Made by a program: the position numbers and the translations under genes | Virus record (IMG/VR): IMGVR_UViG_3300023174_000047 | Coordinates: 139,775 to 203,774 of that record | Reading direction: 5' to 3' (one strand) | Source of the DNA: a virus | Lineage: Duplodnaviria; Caudoviricetes | DNA length: 64,000 nucleotides | The notes under the pieces: generated by a model | Databases searched by the model: none | Seen by the model: only the letters and a program-made list of their open reading frames with translations | What the model was told of the DNA's origin: nothing | In this document: positions 1-10,116 of the stretch, piece after piece | Layout: every line of letters begins with the position of its first letter | Numbering within the stretch: the stretch's first letter is position 1

Positions 1-908
1 AGCAAGCAATTGGCTACTTACAGACAACCTTCAACTACTCAGCACCAGCAGATGATACTTTGGATTTGAGAGGCAACTACAATACTATATTTGCTAGATT
101 TGCTGACTTTGCACGTGATAGAATGGATCACATTTTCATTGCTGACCCAATTCGCCACATTCTTGTAACAGGCATCAACTCAAAGACATTGTATGATTCA
201 AACAAGAGCTGGTCTCAGTATGTGTTTTCACCGCTGCGTCATCAGTTTGAGCTTGCAAACACAAGCTATGCAGCAGCATATGCTAACTGGGCACGTGTCC
301 AAGATACGTTTGCACAAATAAATGTGTGGGTGCCATTTTCGGGATATGTTGCAGCAGATTATGCACGCTCGGATAGAGATTTTGCGTATTGGTCTGCACC
401 AGCAGGATTCCGCCGCGGATTAGTAAGTGAAGTTGATGACATTGCAATCACACCTAATCAGAAACAGCGCGATGATTTGTACAAGTTCAATCTCAATCCA
501 ATTACACAGTTTGTGAGAGAAGGCATTGTGATATACGGTCAAAAAACTATGCTCCGCACACCAAGTGCATTTGATCGAGTTAATGTGCGCCGCTTGTTTA
601 TTATACTTGAGAAGCAAACAAAAGCAATTGCACGTTTTTATGTATTTGAACCAAATTCATTATACACACGCACTCGCTTGGTAGATGACTTGACGCCAAA
701 CTTTGAAGCTGCCAAGACTGCAACAATCAATCAAGGTATTTATGATTACATAATTGTATGCGACGATAGGAATAATACACCTGCAGTCATTGATGCAAAT
801 GAATTGGTTGTCGACATTTACATCAAGCCAGTTCGTACCGCAGAGTTTATCTTGGTAAACTTCCATGCATCAAGAACTGGAGCAAACTTCCAGGAAATCT
901 TACGATAA
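1..908 (+). CDS. gp18: Tail sheath protein (T4 gp18-like), C-terminal part; gene begins before the window
   Basis: Frame open from position 3. Sheath C-terminal motifs LNPITQF...GQKTM...PSAFDRVNVRRLFIILEK...VFEPN and VDIYIKPVRTAEFILVNF. Confidence 0.95.
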   Translation, partial: QAIGYLQTTFNYSAPADDTLDLRGNYNTIFARFADFARDRMDHIFIADPIRHILVTGINSKTLYDSNKSWSQYVFSPLRHQFELANTSYAAAYANWARVQDTFAQINVWVPFSGYVAADYARSDRDFAYWSAPAGFRRGLVSEVDDIAITPNQKQRDDLYKFNLNPITQFVREGIVIYGQKTMLRTPSAFDRVNVRRLFIILEKQTKAIARFYVFEPNSLYTRTRLVDDLTPNFEAAKTATINQGIYDYIIVCDDRNNTPAVIDANELVVDIYIKPVRTAEFILVNFHASRTGANFQEILR

Positions 909-922
909 CAAGCAAATTGAAG

Positions 923-958
923 GGAGCGGAGCTAACAAAGCTTCGCTCCTTTTTTTTT
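923..958 (+). terminator. Rho-independent terminator after sheath gene
   Basis: GGAGCGGAGC-taacaaa-GCTTCGCTCC 10-bp stem (one G-U pair) followed by T9. Confidence 0.9.
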
Positions 959-991
959 GTTAAATCTTTATGTTTATATAGTATTATGCAA

Positions 992-997
992 TAAATA
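992..997 (+). promoter_or_regulatory. T4-late-like promoter core TAAATA, 5 nt before ATG 1003
   Basis: Same motif and 4-7 nt spacing recurs before many structural genes in the window. Confidence 0.6.
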
Positions 998-1002
998 GCA
1001 AT

Positions 1003-2760
1003 ATGTCTTTGATAGAAGAAATACAGAGCAATTTATACACAAAAACAAACAAAATTAATACTGCCATAATAAGGCAAGATTGGTTTAAAAAATCTAATTT
1101 GTATGCAGATATAATGAAAGAGACATCCTTTCTTGACAATGACGTATGCTTTGCAGCGCGAATATTTTGCATAGTCAATAATATCAAGAGCATGCCAGCG
1201 TGCCCTGTAACCGGTAAAAGTGTTAAGTGGTTACCTACAAAACATAGATTTGCCATTGCTGCTGGCAGATCAAATGCATCTAAAATTAAAAAAATTGATA
1301 ATGCAAAACTATCTCAAAGCCTCAAAGCATCAAAAGCATTAATCAAAAGTAACTTCTACAGCCTATACAAAACAAATAAATTTAATATTGTCAGTAGAGA
1401 AAAATGCACAGACTTTATAAAGAGCAGATTGGAACACACCGATCACGGAAGAAAGCATAATTTTGTAGATACATCTATACTTAAAAAATATCATGATGAG
1501 TGTTGCAGCATTATTCTACATACACAGCATCCATTATTAGATGATAATGATATAAACTGGAGTGAAAGGTTTTTTCTTTTGTATAATAATGATGTCCCGA
1601 AACTATGTAATTATGATCCCACACAAAAGGCAAAATTTTGCAATTTCTTAGCTGGGTACAATAACAATAGTTCTGCACAGGCAAGGAATAAAAACACATT
1701 AAAAATAATCAAGCAATCCATTGAGTATCAAAACTTCTCTATTTTAAATGATATAAACTCACATCAACAAGAGTATCAATTGAGATGCAATGTCTGTAAT
1801 AGTATTTTACAGCGAAGATTGACAAATGCGCGCTGGAAAGATATATTTTGTGCCAAATGCAACAATGTTACCGTGGGATCGTCTCGTGCAGAAGCAGAGA
1901 TATCTGCTTTTCTGCAAAATGACTGCAACATGCAGGTTGAGAGATTATATGACTTGCCACCTAGTGGAATAGAAATCGATATATTTCTACCACAGAAAAA
2001 CGTTGGTATCGAGCATCACGGCTTATTGTGGCATAGTTTTGGTTCTTGCTTCCCCGACAATGCAGATGTTGAAAGTGTAAACAAATTTAAGCATAGAAAT
2101 AAGCGGGATATATGCATGAGCAACAATGTACAGTTGTTGCAGATTTTTGAAAATGAATGGATTGATAAAAGAAACATTGTTGAGTCAATGATGCGTAGCA
2201 AGTTAGGAATATTGCAAAATAAAATCTATGCTCGCAATTGCACAATACAATGCATCACAGCAAAACAGAAAAGTATTTTTCTTAATAATAATCACATACA
2301 AGGCAATGACAATTCACAAATTGCAATTGCTCTAATTCATGAAGGTGACATTGTTGCAGCAATGACTTTTGGTAACCGCAAAATAACTGCAAATAAAACT
2401 TTTGAACTCATAAGATTTTGCTGCAAAACAAACACAAGCGTTATTGGAGGTGCCTCTAAATTATTAAAATACTTTACAAAAAAACATAATGTATCATGCA
2501 TTACAACATATGCTGATTTGAGATTTTGCTTTGATGGTTCGTTTTACAAAAACTTAGGCTTTAAGCACATCAGAACAACACCACCTGCATACTGGTACAC
2601 AGATACAAAGACTGTGATGCACCGCTCCAACTTTCAAAAACATAAATTAGTAAAACAGGGTGATGATTTGAGTCTTACAGAATGGGAAATTATGAAAGAG
2701 CGTGGGTGGCGTAGAATATGGGATTGTGGTCACATGGTTTTTGAATATAAATATTCATAA
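1003..2760 (+). CDS. Free-standing Hef-like (PD-(D/E)XK/Vsr-like) homing endonuclease with Zn-ribbons and a C-terminal GNAT/Mom-like domain
   Basis: CxxC pairs; SRAEAEI...EIDIFLP...GIEHHGLLWHS...LLQIFENEW; C-terminal NHIQG...ELIRFC...GGASKLL...TYADLRF...RIWDCG. Confidence 0.75.
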   Translation: MSLIEEIQSNLYTKTNKINTAIIRQDWFKKSNLYADIMKETSFLDNDVCFAARIFCIVNNIKSMPACPVTGKSVKWLPTKHRFAIAAGRSNASKIKKIDNAKLSQSLKASKALIKSNFYSLYKTNKFNIVSREKCTDFIKSRLEHTDHGRKHNFVDTSILKKYHDECCSIILHTQHPLLDDNDINWSERFFLLYNNDVPKLCNYDPTQKAKFCNFLAGYNNNSSAQARNKNTLKIIKQSIEYQNFSILNDINSHQQEYQLRCNVCNSILQRRLTNARWKDIFCAKCNNVTVGSSRAEAEISAFLQNDCNMQVERLYDLPPSGIEIDIFLPQKNVGIEHHGLLWHSFGSCFPDNADVESVNKFKHRNKRDICMSNNVQLLQIFENEWIDKRNIVESMMRSKLGILQNKIYARNCTIQCITAKQKSIFLNNNHIQGNDNSQIAIALIHEGDIVAAMTFGNRKITANKTFELIRFCCKTNTSVIGGASKLLKYFTKKHNVSCITTYADLRFCFDGSFYKNLGFKHIRTTPPAYWYTDTKTVMHRSNFQKHKLVKQGDDLSLTEWEIMKERGWRRIWDCGHMVFEYKYS

Positions 2761-3197
2761 TGCAAAAAGAATATAGACAAGGCATATACAAACCCATCAA
2801 CAATCAAAAATACATTGGTGATAAATTACCTTTTTATCGTTCTGGATACGAGCTCAAATTTATGCGCTGGGCTGATGCAAATCCCAATGTAATCAAATGG
2901 GGAAGCGAGAGCATCATTATTCCATACAAAAGCCCCATTGACGGAAAAATGCACCGATATTTTGTCGATAATGTTGTCATTATTAAAGAAGGTGAGCAAA
3001 TTAAAAAATACCTCATTGAGATCAAGCCATACAAACAGACTCTACCTCCCTCGGAACACGGCAATAAAAAACAATCCACAATATTATATGAGCATGCAAC
3101 ATATGCCATTAACATGCAAAAATGGAAATGTGCTAAAGAATGGTGCAAGCAACACAATTGGGAATTTTTAATATTAACAGAAAAAGAGCTGCCATAA
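2760..3197 (+). CDS. gp4: Head completion protein (T4 gp4-like, TnsA-type nuclease fold)
   Basis: GIYKPIN.QKYIG...YRSGYELKFMRW.D.NPNVIKWGSE.IIIPY.SP.DGKMHRYFVD...YLIEIKP; start overlaps the upstream stop (TAATG). Confidence 0.92.
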   Translation: MQKEYRQGIYKPINNQKYIGDKLPFYRSGYELKFMRWADANPNVIKWGSESIIIPYKSPIDGKMHRYFVDNVVIIKEGEQIKKYLIEIKPYKQTLPPSEHGNKKQSTILYEHATYAINMQKWKCAKEWCKQHNWEFLILTEKELP

Positions 3198-3205
3198 ATA
3201 ATATT

Positions 3206-4114
3206 ATGCAGGATTTTAAGAATTTTTACAAACAAGAGGTTATAAATGAATCAATAAAGGATTTTATTCGCAACCCCAAAGCACTCATTGCAACCGCGTT
3301 ATTTCTCGGCATTGTTGATCAAGCATATGTTATTCCAAGTATAAAAAGAATCAGCAAAGAGGTGCAGGAAAAATTAAATAAAATGCCACCCGAACGAGCT
3401 GCACAGATTCAGCAAAAAGCTATTAAGACTACCAATACACCATTAGTTGATAAGCTGCTCAAGCAAGCCATTGAAGCATCAACAATTAAAAGAGAAACAC
3501 CGCAACATGCCATGCCTATAAAAGATACACAACAAATGTCACAACAAATATTACCCATGGATAAGCAAAAGAGTCAGCAGTTCTATAAAGATGCATTGAA
3601 ATACATCAAACAAAATGAACTTGGTGGTACAAATATTAATTACCGCATGCCATATAAAGACCACAAAGGTTATGAAACCATTGGAGTAGGACACCTCGTA
3701 ACAAGCAAAGAGAAAAAAAATAAAATATTTGATAACGGCATTTCCGAGCAGGAAGTTTTAGATTTATTTGAAAAAGATATTCAATCAAAACTAGCAACAG
3801 CGCGCCGATTGTTTAAAACATATGATGAATATCCTGATTATTTAAAAATTAAACTTTTAGATGGTATTTTTAGAGGTGATGTATCTGGATCCCCAAAAAC
3901 CATTGCGCTCATCAATGCAGGCAAGTGGACACAGGCAGCAGCTGAATTTCTAGACAGCAAAGAATATAAAGATGCAGTCGAAAATGGATATGGAACAGGT
4001 CCGCGCATGAAAAAAATTGCAGATGCAATGTTGAGCATGGCAGAAGAACAAAAATCACCTGATGTACCTGCAACAAATTCACCATTACTACCAGAAACAA
4101 CCCCATTTTTCTAG
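3206..4114 (+). CDS. T4-type lysozyme (GH24-like) with long N-terminal extension; start re-called at 3206
   Basis: E...YKDHKGYETIGVGHLV (D-x5-T catalytic spacing), KWTQAAAEFLDSK; TAAATA at 3195-3200 lies 5 nt before ATG 3206. Confidence 0.8.
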   Translation: MQDFKNFYKQEVINESIKDFIRNPKALIATALFLGIVDQAYVIPSIKRISKEVQEKLNKMPPERAAQIQQKAIKTTNTPLVDKLLKQAIEASTIKRETPQHAMPIKDTQQMSQQILPMDKQKSQQFYKDALKYIKQNELGGTNINYRMPYKDHKGYETIGVGHLVTSKEKKNKIFDNGISEQEVLDLFEKDIQSKLATARRLFKTYDEYPDYLKIKLLDGIFRGDVSGSPKTIALINAGKWTQAAAEFLDSKEYKDAVENGYGTGPRMKKIADAMLSMAEEQKSPDVPATNSPLLPETTPFF

Positions 4115-4135
4115 TAAGCAACAATAAATACTAAC

Positions 4136-4687
4136 ATGGCACAGACTAACCAAACCATTGGAAACTTTTATGAACGCGCAGTATCACGTGAGTTCTCACG
4201 TGATTTCTTGTTCCGAGTCCTCAGCATTAATTTTGCAGGTGGAGCAGTCTTCAACGAAGACGAGCTCATTTATGCAAAGACAGCAAAGCTCCCTGCTCGA
4301 AATATCACTAATACGCAAGCTAAATTCATGGGTCTCAACTTCAACATTGCAGGTACTGCTACATATCCAGGAAGCGAATCTTATATAATTACCTTTTACT
4401 GTGATGCTACTTCTTCACTTAGAAACAAATTTTTGCAAGAATCACGTAGAGTGTTTGATGATGCAACCAGTACAGGTGATTACAACATTGCAGGCCGCGC
4501 CAGCGCAATCACATTGCTGCAGTTAGATAAAGCACTCAACCCTGTCTCAACATTCCGTTTAGTTGGTGCAAGCGTAAGAAATGTTGGTGAAATTGGATAT
4601 AGCATGGCAGATGGAACTGGCCAGCCTGTTACATTTGATGCAACGATTGCATATCACTTCTTTGAAGAGAATGCACCTGTGCAATAA
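4136..4687 (+). CDS. gp19: Tail tube protein (gp19-like)
   Basis: FSRDFLFRV...YAKTAKLPARNI...FMGLNFNIAGTATYPG...ITFY...VTFDATIAYHFF; TAAATA 4125-4130. Confidence 0.85.
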   Translation: MAQTNQTIGNFYERAVSREFSRDFLFRVLSINFAGGAVFNEDELIYAKTAKLPARNITNTQAKFMGLNFNIAGTATYPGSESYIITFYCDATSSLRNKFLQESRRVFDDATSTGDYNIAGRASAITLLQLDKALNPVSTFRLVGASVRNVGEIGYSMADGTGQPVTFDATIAYHFFEENAPVQ

Positions 4688-4695
4688 ATAATTAG

Positions 4696-5403
4696 GTGCC
4701 ACAATCACCTAGAGAAACGTATCTTAGTCTATTTGAAAAATGGGAATACAATCTTGCGCTAAATTCGCAGTGGATTCTTATTATTCATGATTTGCCTCGC
4801 ATCAGAAACATTGTTAGTAAAGTATCAACACTAGAATCATGGGTTCCAAACACAGATTGGAACATAAACACAGCAACATATGAAGCACTCACCAAAGAAC
4901 AGGTGCAGAGTACAGATGCAATGGGTTGCTTTTTTGTAGATAATGTTGTTATTCCTGGTGAAGGCTACAACCAAGAGGAAGCAACTATAAACAACAGTGG
5001 CGGTTTCATTAATGTTGGGGTATCAGGCAAGAGATCGACTTTTTCTGGCAAAAGAATAGCCACATCATTCAGAGAAACAAACATCGACTTTGTGGAGACT
5101 GTTTTGAGGCCATGGGTTATTGCATGCTCACACATTGGATATTTTGCTTTTCAATCTGCGCAAAACAATGTTAAAATTCCGAGAATGCAGCTTATACATT
5201 TTTCCCGCCTAAAACACACACCCATTGCACCATATAGTGATGAAACATTTAGGCCCATCAGAAAAATTTACAATTTTTACAATGTAGCACCTGTTGAGGT
5301 TGACGCAAAGACATATACATATGCTGAAGATCAAGGTACCCCACAGTCCAGACAAGTGGGGTGGATTTTTGATAGTTACAGCATACAATATTCTAAAAAA
5401 TAA
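4696..5403 (+). CDS. Tail-tube-fold baseplate protein (gp54-like tube initiator)
   Basis: VIPGEG...SFRETN.DFVETVLRPWVI...YNFYNVAPV.V...Y.Y; follows gp19; GTG start 5 nt after TAAATA 4685-4690. Confidence 0.65.
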   Translation: MPQSPRETYLSLFEKWEYNLALNSQWILIIHDLPRIRNIVSKVSTLESWVPNTDWNINTATYEALTKEQVQSTDAMGCFFVDNVVIPGEGYNQEEATINNSGGFINVGVSGKRSTFSGKRIATSFRETNIDFVETVLRPWVIACSHIGYFAFQSAQNNVKIPRMQLIHFSRLKHTPIAPYSDETFRPIRKIYNFYNVAPVEVDAKTYTYAEDQGTPQSRQVGWIFDSYSIQYSKK

Positions 5404-6275
5404 TGTTATCTACTTTTTATTCTGCATTGCATTTGCCTGCATGCAAACAAATTGTTCATCTAAAACAGATGAACAGCAATGCATTTTTGCAATTGCAGAA
5501 ATACATCATTGAAGATAGTGATGAACTTATAAACGAATTTTTGATGAATCTCATCAAAGAATGCATGAGAGAGCAGGAGATTTTTGATTCTCTCAACTGC
5601 ATCGATAAGCTTGCATGCTTAATGAAAATACGCAGCATAAGCTGCGGCGATACAGTTGTTTTCAGCAACCAACAGAACGTGCAAGGACAAATAAGCATGA
5701 ATCATATCTTAAATTGCATGCATGATATCAATTTCAATGTAAGTGCATTGCATAACAACAACCAAGTGCAGGTAATGATATCCTTGCCGCATACACTTTT
5801 GCTGCCAAACATTTCATCAGTAATTCAAAGCTGTTTGAATGCAATTATTTTTAATGATTCAAAAATTGAAATGCAAAAAATGCCCAACGAACATGTCGTA
5901 GAAATACTCAACAATTTAGATTCACACACAGCCAGTTATATTTATAAATTTATTAATAATTATGCTGATGATCTCACTTTAACTGTATTTACTGGTAATG
6001 CAACGTTGCAATTGGAAAGCATCATATTATCCCCATTCAATAATTCTATGCTAGATTTTTGTAAATTTATTTTAAAAGATGATTTGCTAAATCTCTACAA
6101 AAACATACACACACTCTGTAGCAAATCACATCTAACACCTGAATTTTTAATGAATATTCCACCCATTGAACAGCAACTCTACACTAAATTATTAATAGAT
6201 GAGATTGAGCAGACTAATAAGCAGTTGACAGAGGAGCACGGAGGAATAAATATGCCAGCATATGGACAAGTATAA
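5403..6275 (+). CDS. Baseplate hub protein, gp26-like N-terminus fused to gp51-like C-terminus
   Basis: DKLACLMKIRSISCGD (gp26-like); C-terminal LLNLYKNIHTL...LMNIPPIEQQLYTKLLIDEIE (gp51-like); synteny. Confidence 0.6.
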   Translation: MLSTFYSALHLPACKQIVHLKQMNSNAFLQLQKYIIEDSDELINEFLMNLIKECMREQEIFDSLNCIDKLACLMKIRSISCGDTVVFSNQQNVQGQISMNHILNCMHDINFNVSALHNNNQVQVMISLPHTLLLPNISSVIQSCLNAIIFNDSKIEMQKMPNEHVVEILNNLDSHTASYIYKFINNYADDLTLTVFTGNATLQLESIILSPFNNSMLDFCKFILKDDLLNLYKNIHTLCSKSHLTPEFLMNIPPIEQQLYTKLLIDEIEQTNKQLTEEHGGINMPAYGQV

Positions 6276-6978
6276 CAGTGTTTTAAGTCACCTCAAAAAA
6301 ATTAATGAAGAGACAGTCATCAGCTGTTTTATTCCATCTTTATTGAGAGAAGTAAATTTTAAACCCATGAATGTTGCGCAACAGCAGCAGCTCATTAAAA
6401 ACATTTCGAATGAAGCAACTGATAATCTTAAAATTGCCAACAGCATCAATGATATGCTGCAAACAAACTGCATGGAAGATATTGATTTGTGTGTGATAGA
6501 TAGAGAGATTGTTTTATTACAGTACAGAATGCATGATGTATCCATTGATGAAAATGAGCGCACAAAAATTGCAGAAGCAATTGAAGCAATCAAGCAAACT
6601 AATGATTTAAACACTAAAAAAACAATTGAAGCATACGGCATCACTGTCAATTGCAGCGCACCATCACTCAGACGCGATGCTGTTATCAATGCTGCAACCA
6701 TCAAAGCCATTGAATCAAATAATAGTAAAAAGCAGCAAGATCTTATACCATTAATATATACACACCAGATAATCAAATACATAAACAACATACACATAGG
6801 TGAAGATGTACTTGTTTCTTTCGATGATCCCACTGATCTCCCCAATTTGACTACAATTGTTAACAACATACCTGTTGATATAAACAATGGTGTTATTTCT
6901 TTTGCAAACAGCATGCAAACAATGTTTAAACACGTGCTCAAAGACAAAAACATCTCTTTGCAGACCCCAACCATGTGA
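6262..6978 (+). CDS. Second gp26-like baseplate hub subunit
   Basis: VNFKPMNVAQQQQLIK...DREIVLLQYR pattern; position before the tape measure gene. Confidence 0.5.
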   Translation: MDKYNSVLSHLKKINEETVISCFIPSLLREVNFKPMNVAQQQQLIKNISNEATDNLKIANSINDMLQTNCMEDIDLCVIDREIVLLQYRMHDVSIDENERTKIAEAIEAIKQTNDLNTKKTIEAYGITVNCSAPSLRRDAVINAATIKAIESNNSKKQQDLIPLIYTHQIIKYINNIHIGEDVLVSFDDPTDLPNLTTIVNNIPVDINNGVISFANSMQTMFKHVLKDKNISLQTPTM

Positions 6979-6998
6979 GTGTCTCATAAATAATCTGG

Positions 6999-8981
6999 AT
7001 GACCCCAGAGGAGATCCAGAATATCCTTGATACACTTAAAAAATCAATTGAGAGCTTTGCTGCTCAAATTGGTACCATTGCTACTGGCGTCGAAAAACCG
7101 AAAACAGTACAATCTGTTATCACAACGCAAGATCAAGGTGATAGTAAAGAGCAAACTGCACGTCTAAACGATAGTATCGGGCTAGGTGATGTAAAATTCA
7201 TTGATGCTCTATACAAAAAGTTTCAGCCCCTGCTTGAGAGTCTTGTTCCCAAAACCGCAGCACCTGCAAATCAATCAGAAGACTCAGCTAGTGATACTGC
7301 TAGCGGTGCAGGGTTTATTGATTATTTTAATAAACAGTTTCAACCGATACTTGAGAGGTTTTTTCCTAAGACAGCTTCACCTGTTAATGAAAAAGAAGAC
7401 TTAGCAGATGTTTTAGCTGGTGATGAGACAGAAAAAGTTACAAAAGTTTCTGTTGTGGGTATTAGTAGTGATGTACTCAAAATGCTCAATGGTGTTACAG
7501 CTCCACCAACCCCCGAAAAGGGTGGTGGCTTTTTAAGTGGTATCATGGGGTTATTAGGCGGTGTTGGTGCAACTGCTGCTGGCGGCGGCATACTTGCAAT
7601 GATTACTGGTCTACCTGCTGCAATACCAGGCATCTTAACAGCGCTAGGTGCCATTGTTCTTGGTGCTGCTGCATTAAGTTTGGCTATTGGCATTGTTGTT
7701 AAAACAATAAGCTTATTAAAGGATGATTTTATAGAAATATTTCCTATCATTGATAAATTCGCCGAATTATTTATTAAGGTTGCTAAAGAAATTATTCCTG
7801 TAGTGTATAAAGCATTGGCTGATTTTGTTGCTACAATATTACCACCGCTACTTGATGGTCTCACAAAGTTTGCTTCTGTTGTAATTCCTGCAATCATTGG
7901 TGCAATAGCTGAACTTATTGGCTCACCTGGCTTTAAATTTATTACCGGTGCACTTGTTCCGGTGCTTTCTCAAATCATTGATGTTATTAGCAATTTGCTG
8001 TCTGAATTAATAGGCGGTATAAAATCCATTTTTACAGATACAAAAGACTTTTTGGTGAGTCTATTTGAAAATATTAAACAAATTGTTGTGCCGATTATAA
8101 ATGGCATCAGGGATATCATCGTTGCCATTGCAGAGCCTGTCAAGGAAGTGTTTATCTCTAGTTTTGAGAATATTAAAAAAGTGGTTCTTGCTGTCTTGCC
8201 CGTTGTTTCATCTGCCATTGACAGGATTTTTGATACCTTTGATAATTTTGTTGGCAAGGCTAAAGAAATACTTGAAGGTTTGCCCACCATCTTAGATAAG
8301 ATTCTAAACAGCATTAAAGATTTTGCAAACAATGTTATAATTGGCAGGATTGGCGCAGTTGCAGTAGAGTTAACAGCACTTGGTGCTGCACTTATAGGCT
8401 TAACTGGAGGTAGCTTAGTCGCAAGCATTACAAATTTCTTTACCGGGGGAGGCCCATTTGAAAAAATCATTGAGTTTCAAAACAATTTAAATGAAAGCAA
8501 ACTCAAATTACTCGAGAATTTAGCACCATCACTGCAAAAACTTACAGACATTGATATAAGCCAACTCAAAGGCTTGTCTACAATCTTAAATGAATTGATG
8601 GATCAAAGCTTGCAAGTTGCATCAACAGTAGAAAAGATTTTTGCCGGAAAAGGATTATTTAACAAGTCAGGTGGAATTCTTGAGTTAGTTGACAAACTCG
8701 AAAAATCAAAACAAGGCGCCGAAAACACCATCTCTAATGTTATTATCAAGACATCTGAAGCACAAAAGCAGATTGCTGAGCTACACCTCAAAGAAGCGAT
8801 GATAACCAACAAAATTCTGTCCGAAATTTACAAAAAGATGGATGCTTTTGCAGATATGCCGCAAAAAAGCAATGTTACTGCAAAGAAGCTTGCTGGCCTC
8901 GATATCGATGCAACCATGGCGCTGCAATTTACATCCAACAACACCAGACAACAAATAGTGCAGTCTGGTAATAGCATATGA
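6999..8981 (+). CDS. Tape measure / baseplate hub protein (gp29-like)
   Basis: 660 aa helical, Gly/Ala/Ile-rich amphipathic repeats; TAAATA 6987-6992; synteny. Confidence 0.7.
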   Translation: MTPEEIQNILDTLKKSIESFAAQIGTIATGVEKPKTVQSVITTQDQGDSKEQTARLNDSIGLGDVKFIDALYKKFQPLLESLVPKTAAPANQSEDSASDTASGAGFIDYFNKQFQPILERFFPKTASPVNEKEDLADVLAGDETEKVTKVSVVGISSDVLKMLNGVTAPPTPEKGGGFLSGIMGLLGGVGATAAGGGILAMITGLPAAIPGILTALGAIVLGAAALSLAIGIVVKTISLLKDDFIEIFPIIDKFAELFIKVAKEIIPVVYKALADFVATILPPLLDGLTKFASVVIPAIIGAIAELIGSPGFKFITGALVPVLSQIIDVISNLLSELIGGIKSIFTDTKDFLVSLFENIKQIVVPIINGIRDIIVAIAEPVKEVFISSFENIKKVVLAVLPVVSSAIDRIFDTFDNFVGKAKEILEGLPTILDKILNSIKDFANNVIIGRIGAVAVELTALGAALIGLTGGSLVASITNFFTGGGPFEKIIEFQNNLNESKLKLLENLAPSLQKLTDIDISQLKGLSTILNELMDQSLQVASTVEKIFAGKGLFNKSGGILELVDKLEKSKQGAENTISNVIIKTSEAQKQIAELHLKEAMITNKILSEIYKKMDAFADMPQKSNVTAKKLAGLDIDATMALQFTSNNTRQQIVQSGNSI

Positions 8982-9015
8982 GCCGCGAGTTACATATGAT
9001 GTTATAAATATATGC

Positions 9016-10116
9016 ATGGCTTTATTTAAAATCGAACCCGCAACAATGCCTGTTACTAAACTGCAATATTATGCAGCAGTACCAGACTCAGTAAATGCAG
9101 GCACGAAATCTGTTGCCTCACCTGTCAATGGACAGCCCGTCATTGCAAGAAAAGTGCCTAGAGCTTTATCTAAAATAGGAAGCATTGATGTATATAATAC
9201 TTTTGACTGGACTGCTTCACCTATTAACAATGCTGGCTTTGCTAATATAACAAAGCCTCCATTTGCTAAATTAACAGAATATAGACTGGATGATAGAGCC
9301 GTAATTAATTCAATCTTGTATTATGTTCAAGCAGCTGGTGATCAAATTGGAGCAATTGCTGGTGTAGTTGCGCCTAGTGTAGCGGGCACAATTAAAAATT
9401 TAGCAGATACAGTGCGTGACGGTGTTCTAGGAGCAACTGGTGTAGATGTTAACAAGGAAAAAATAGAAGAAGCATCGGCAAGCCCATGGATTACACCATA
9501 TGAAGGGCTATACTTGATGAAACCAACACAATTTACTTACTTCTTGCCATACTTCGAGAATGATGCATTTGCACCTGCAAGAAGCTCATATAGTGAAATG
9601 TCATATCCTGGTGTATCAATAATACGCGGAGCCAGGGATACAACTACAGAGATGAGCAGAATAGTTTCACCTGGGCAGTACATTGAATCACCCAAACTCT
9701 TTACATTGAGTGACGGAAACTCTCCATCCTTAGAAATAAATTTTCCTTTACTTAACACCATTTCGTTTGAGAGTGCAGTTAGGAATTATCAATTTCTGTG
9801 GTTGTTAATGTTTCAGAACACACCGCAGCGTGTAACAAAGTCCGTTGTAGAGATGCCTCGCATGTATGATGTACAAATTCCCGGTGTAGCATTTTTAAAA
9901 TATGCATACATTGAAAGCATGGTGGTAAACTTCATAGGTGTTCGTCGCCGTGTAATCATTCCCATGCCAGCATGCCCTAACAATCCTCCAGAGGTTGAAG
10001 TTATTATGCCTGATGCCTATAGTGTCAAATTGACTGTAAAATCTTTAGTCATGAATGCAAATAATATGATGTTAGAAAATTGGAGACTGTCGGACACAAA
10101 ATTCAAAAGCCCATGA
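9016..10116 (+). CDS. Baseplate tail-tube cap (gp48-like)
   Basis: YFLPYFEN...YIESPKLF...INFPLLNT...PRMYDVQIPGV...YAYIESMVVNFIG; TATAAATA 9003-9010. Confidence 0.6.
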   Translation: MALFKIEPATMPVTKLQYYAAVPDSVNAGTKSVASPVNGQPVIARKVPRALSKIGSIDVYNTFDWTASPINNAGFANITKPPFAKLTEYRLDDRAVINSILYYVQAAGDQIGAIAGVVAPSVAGTIKNLADTVRDGVLGATGVDVNKEKIEEASASPWITPYEGLYLMKPTQFTYFLPYFENDAFAPARSSYSEMSYPGVSIIRGARDTTTEMSRIVSPGQYIESPKLFTLSDGNSPSLEINFPLLNTISFESAVRNYQFLWLLMFQNTPQRVTKSVVEMPRMYDVQIPGVAFLKYAYIESMVVNFIGVRRRVIIPMPACPNNPPEVEVIMPDAYSVKLTVKSLVMNANNMMLENWRLSDTKFKSP

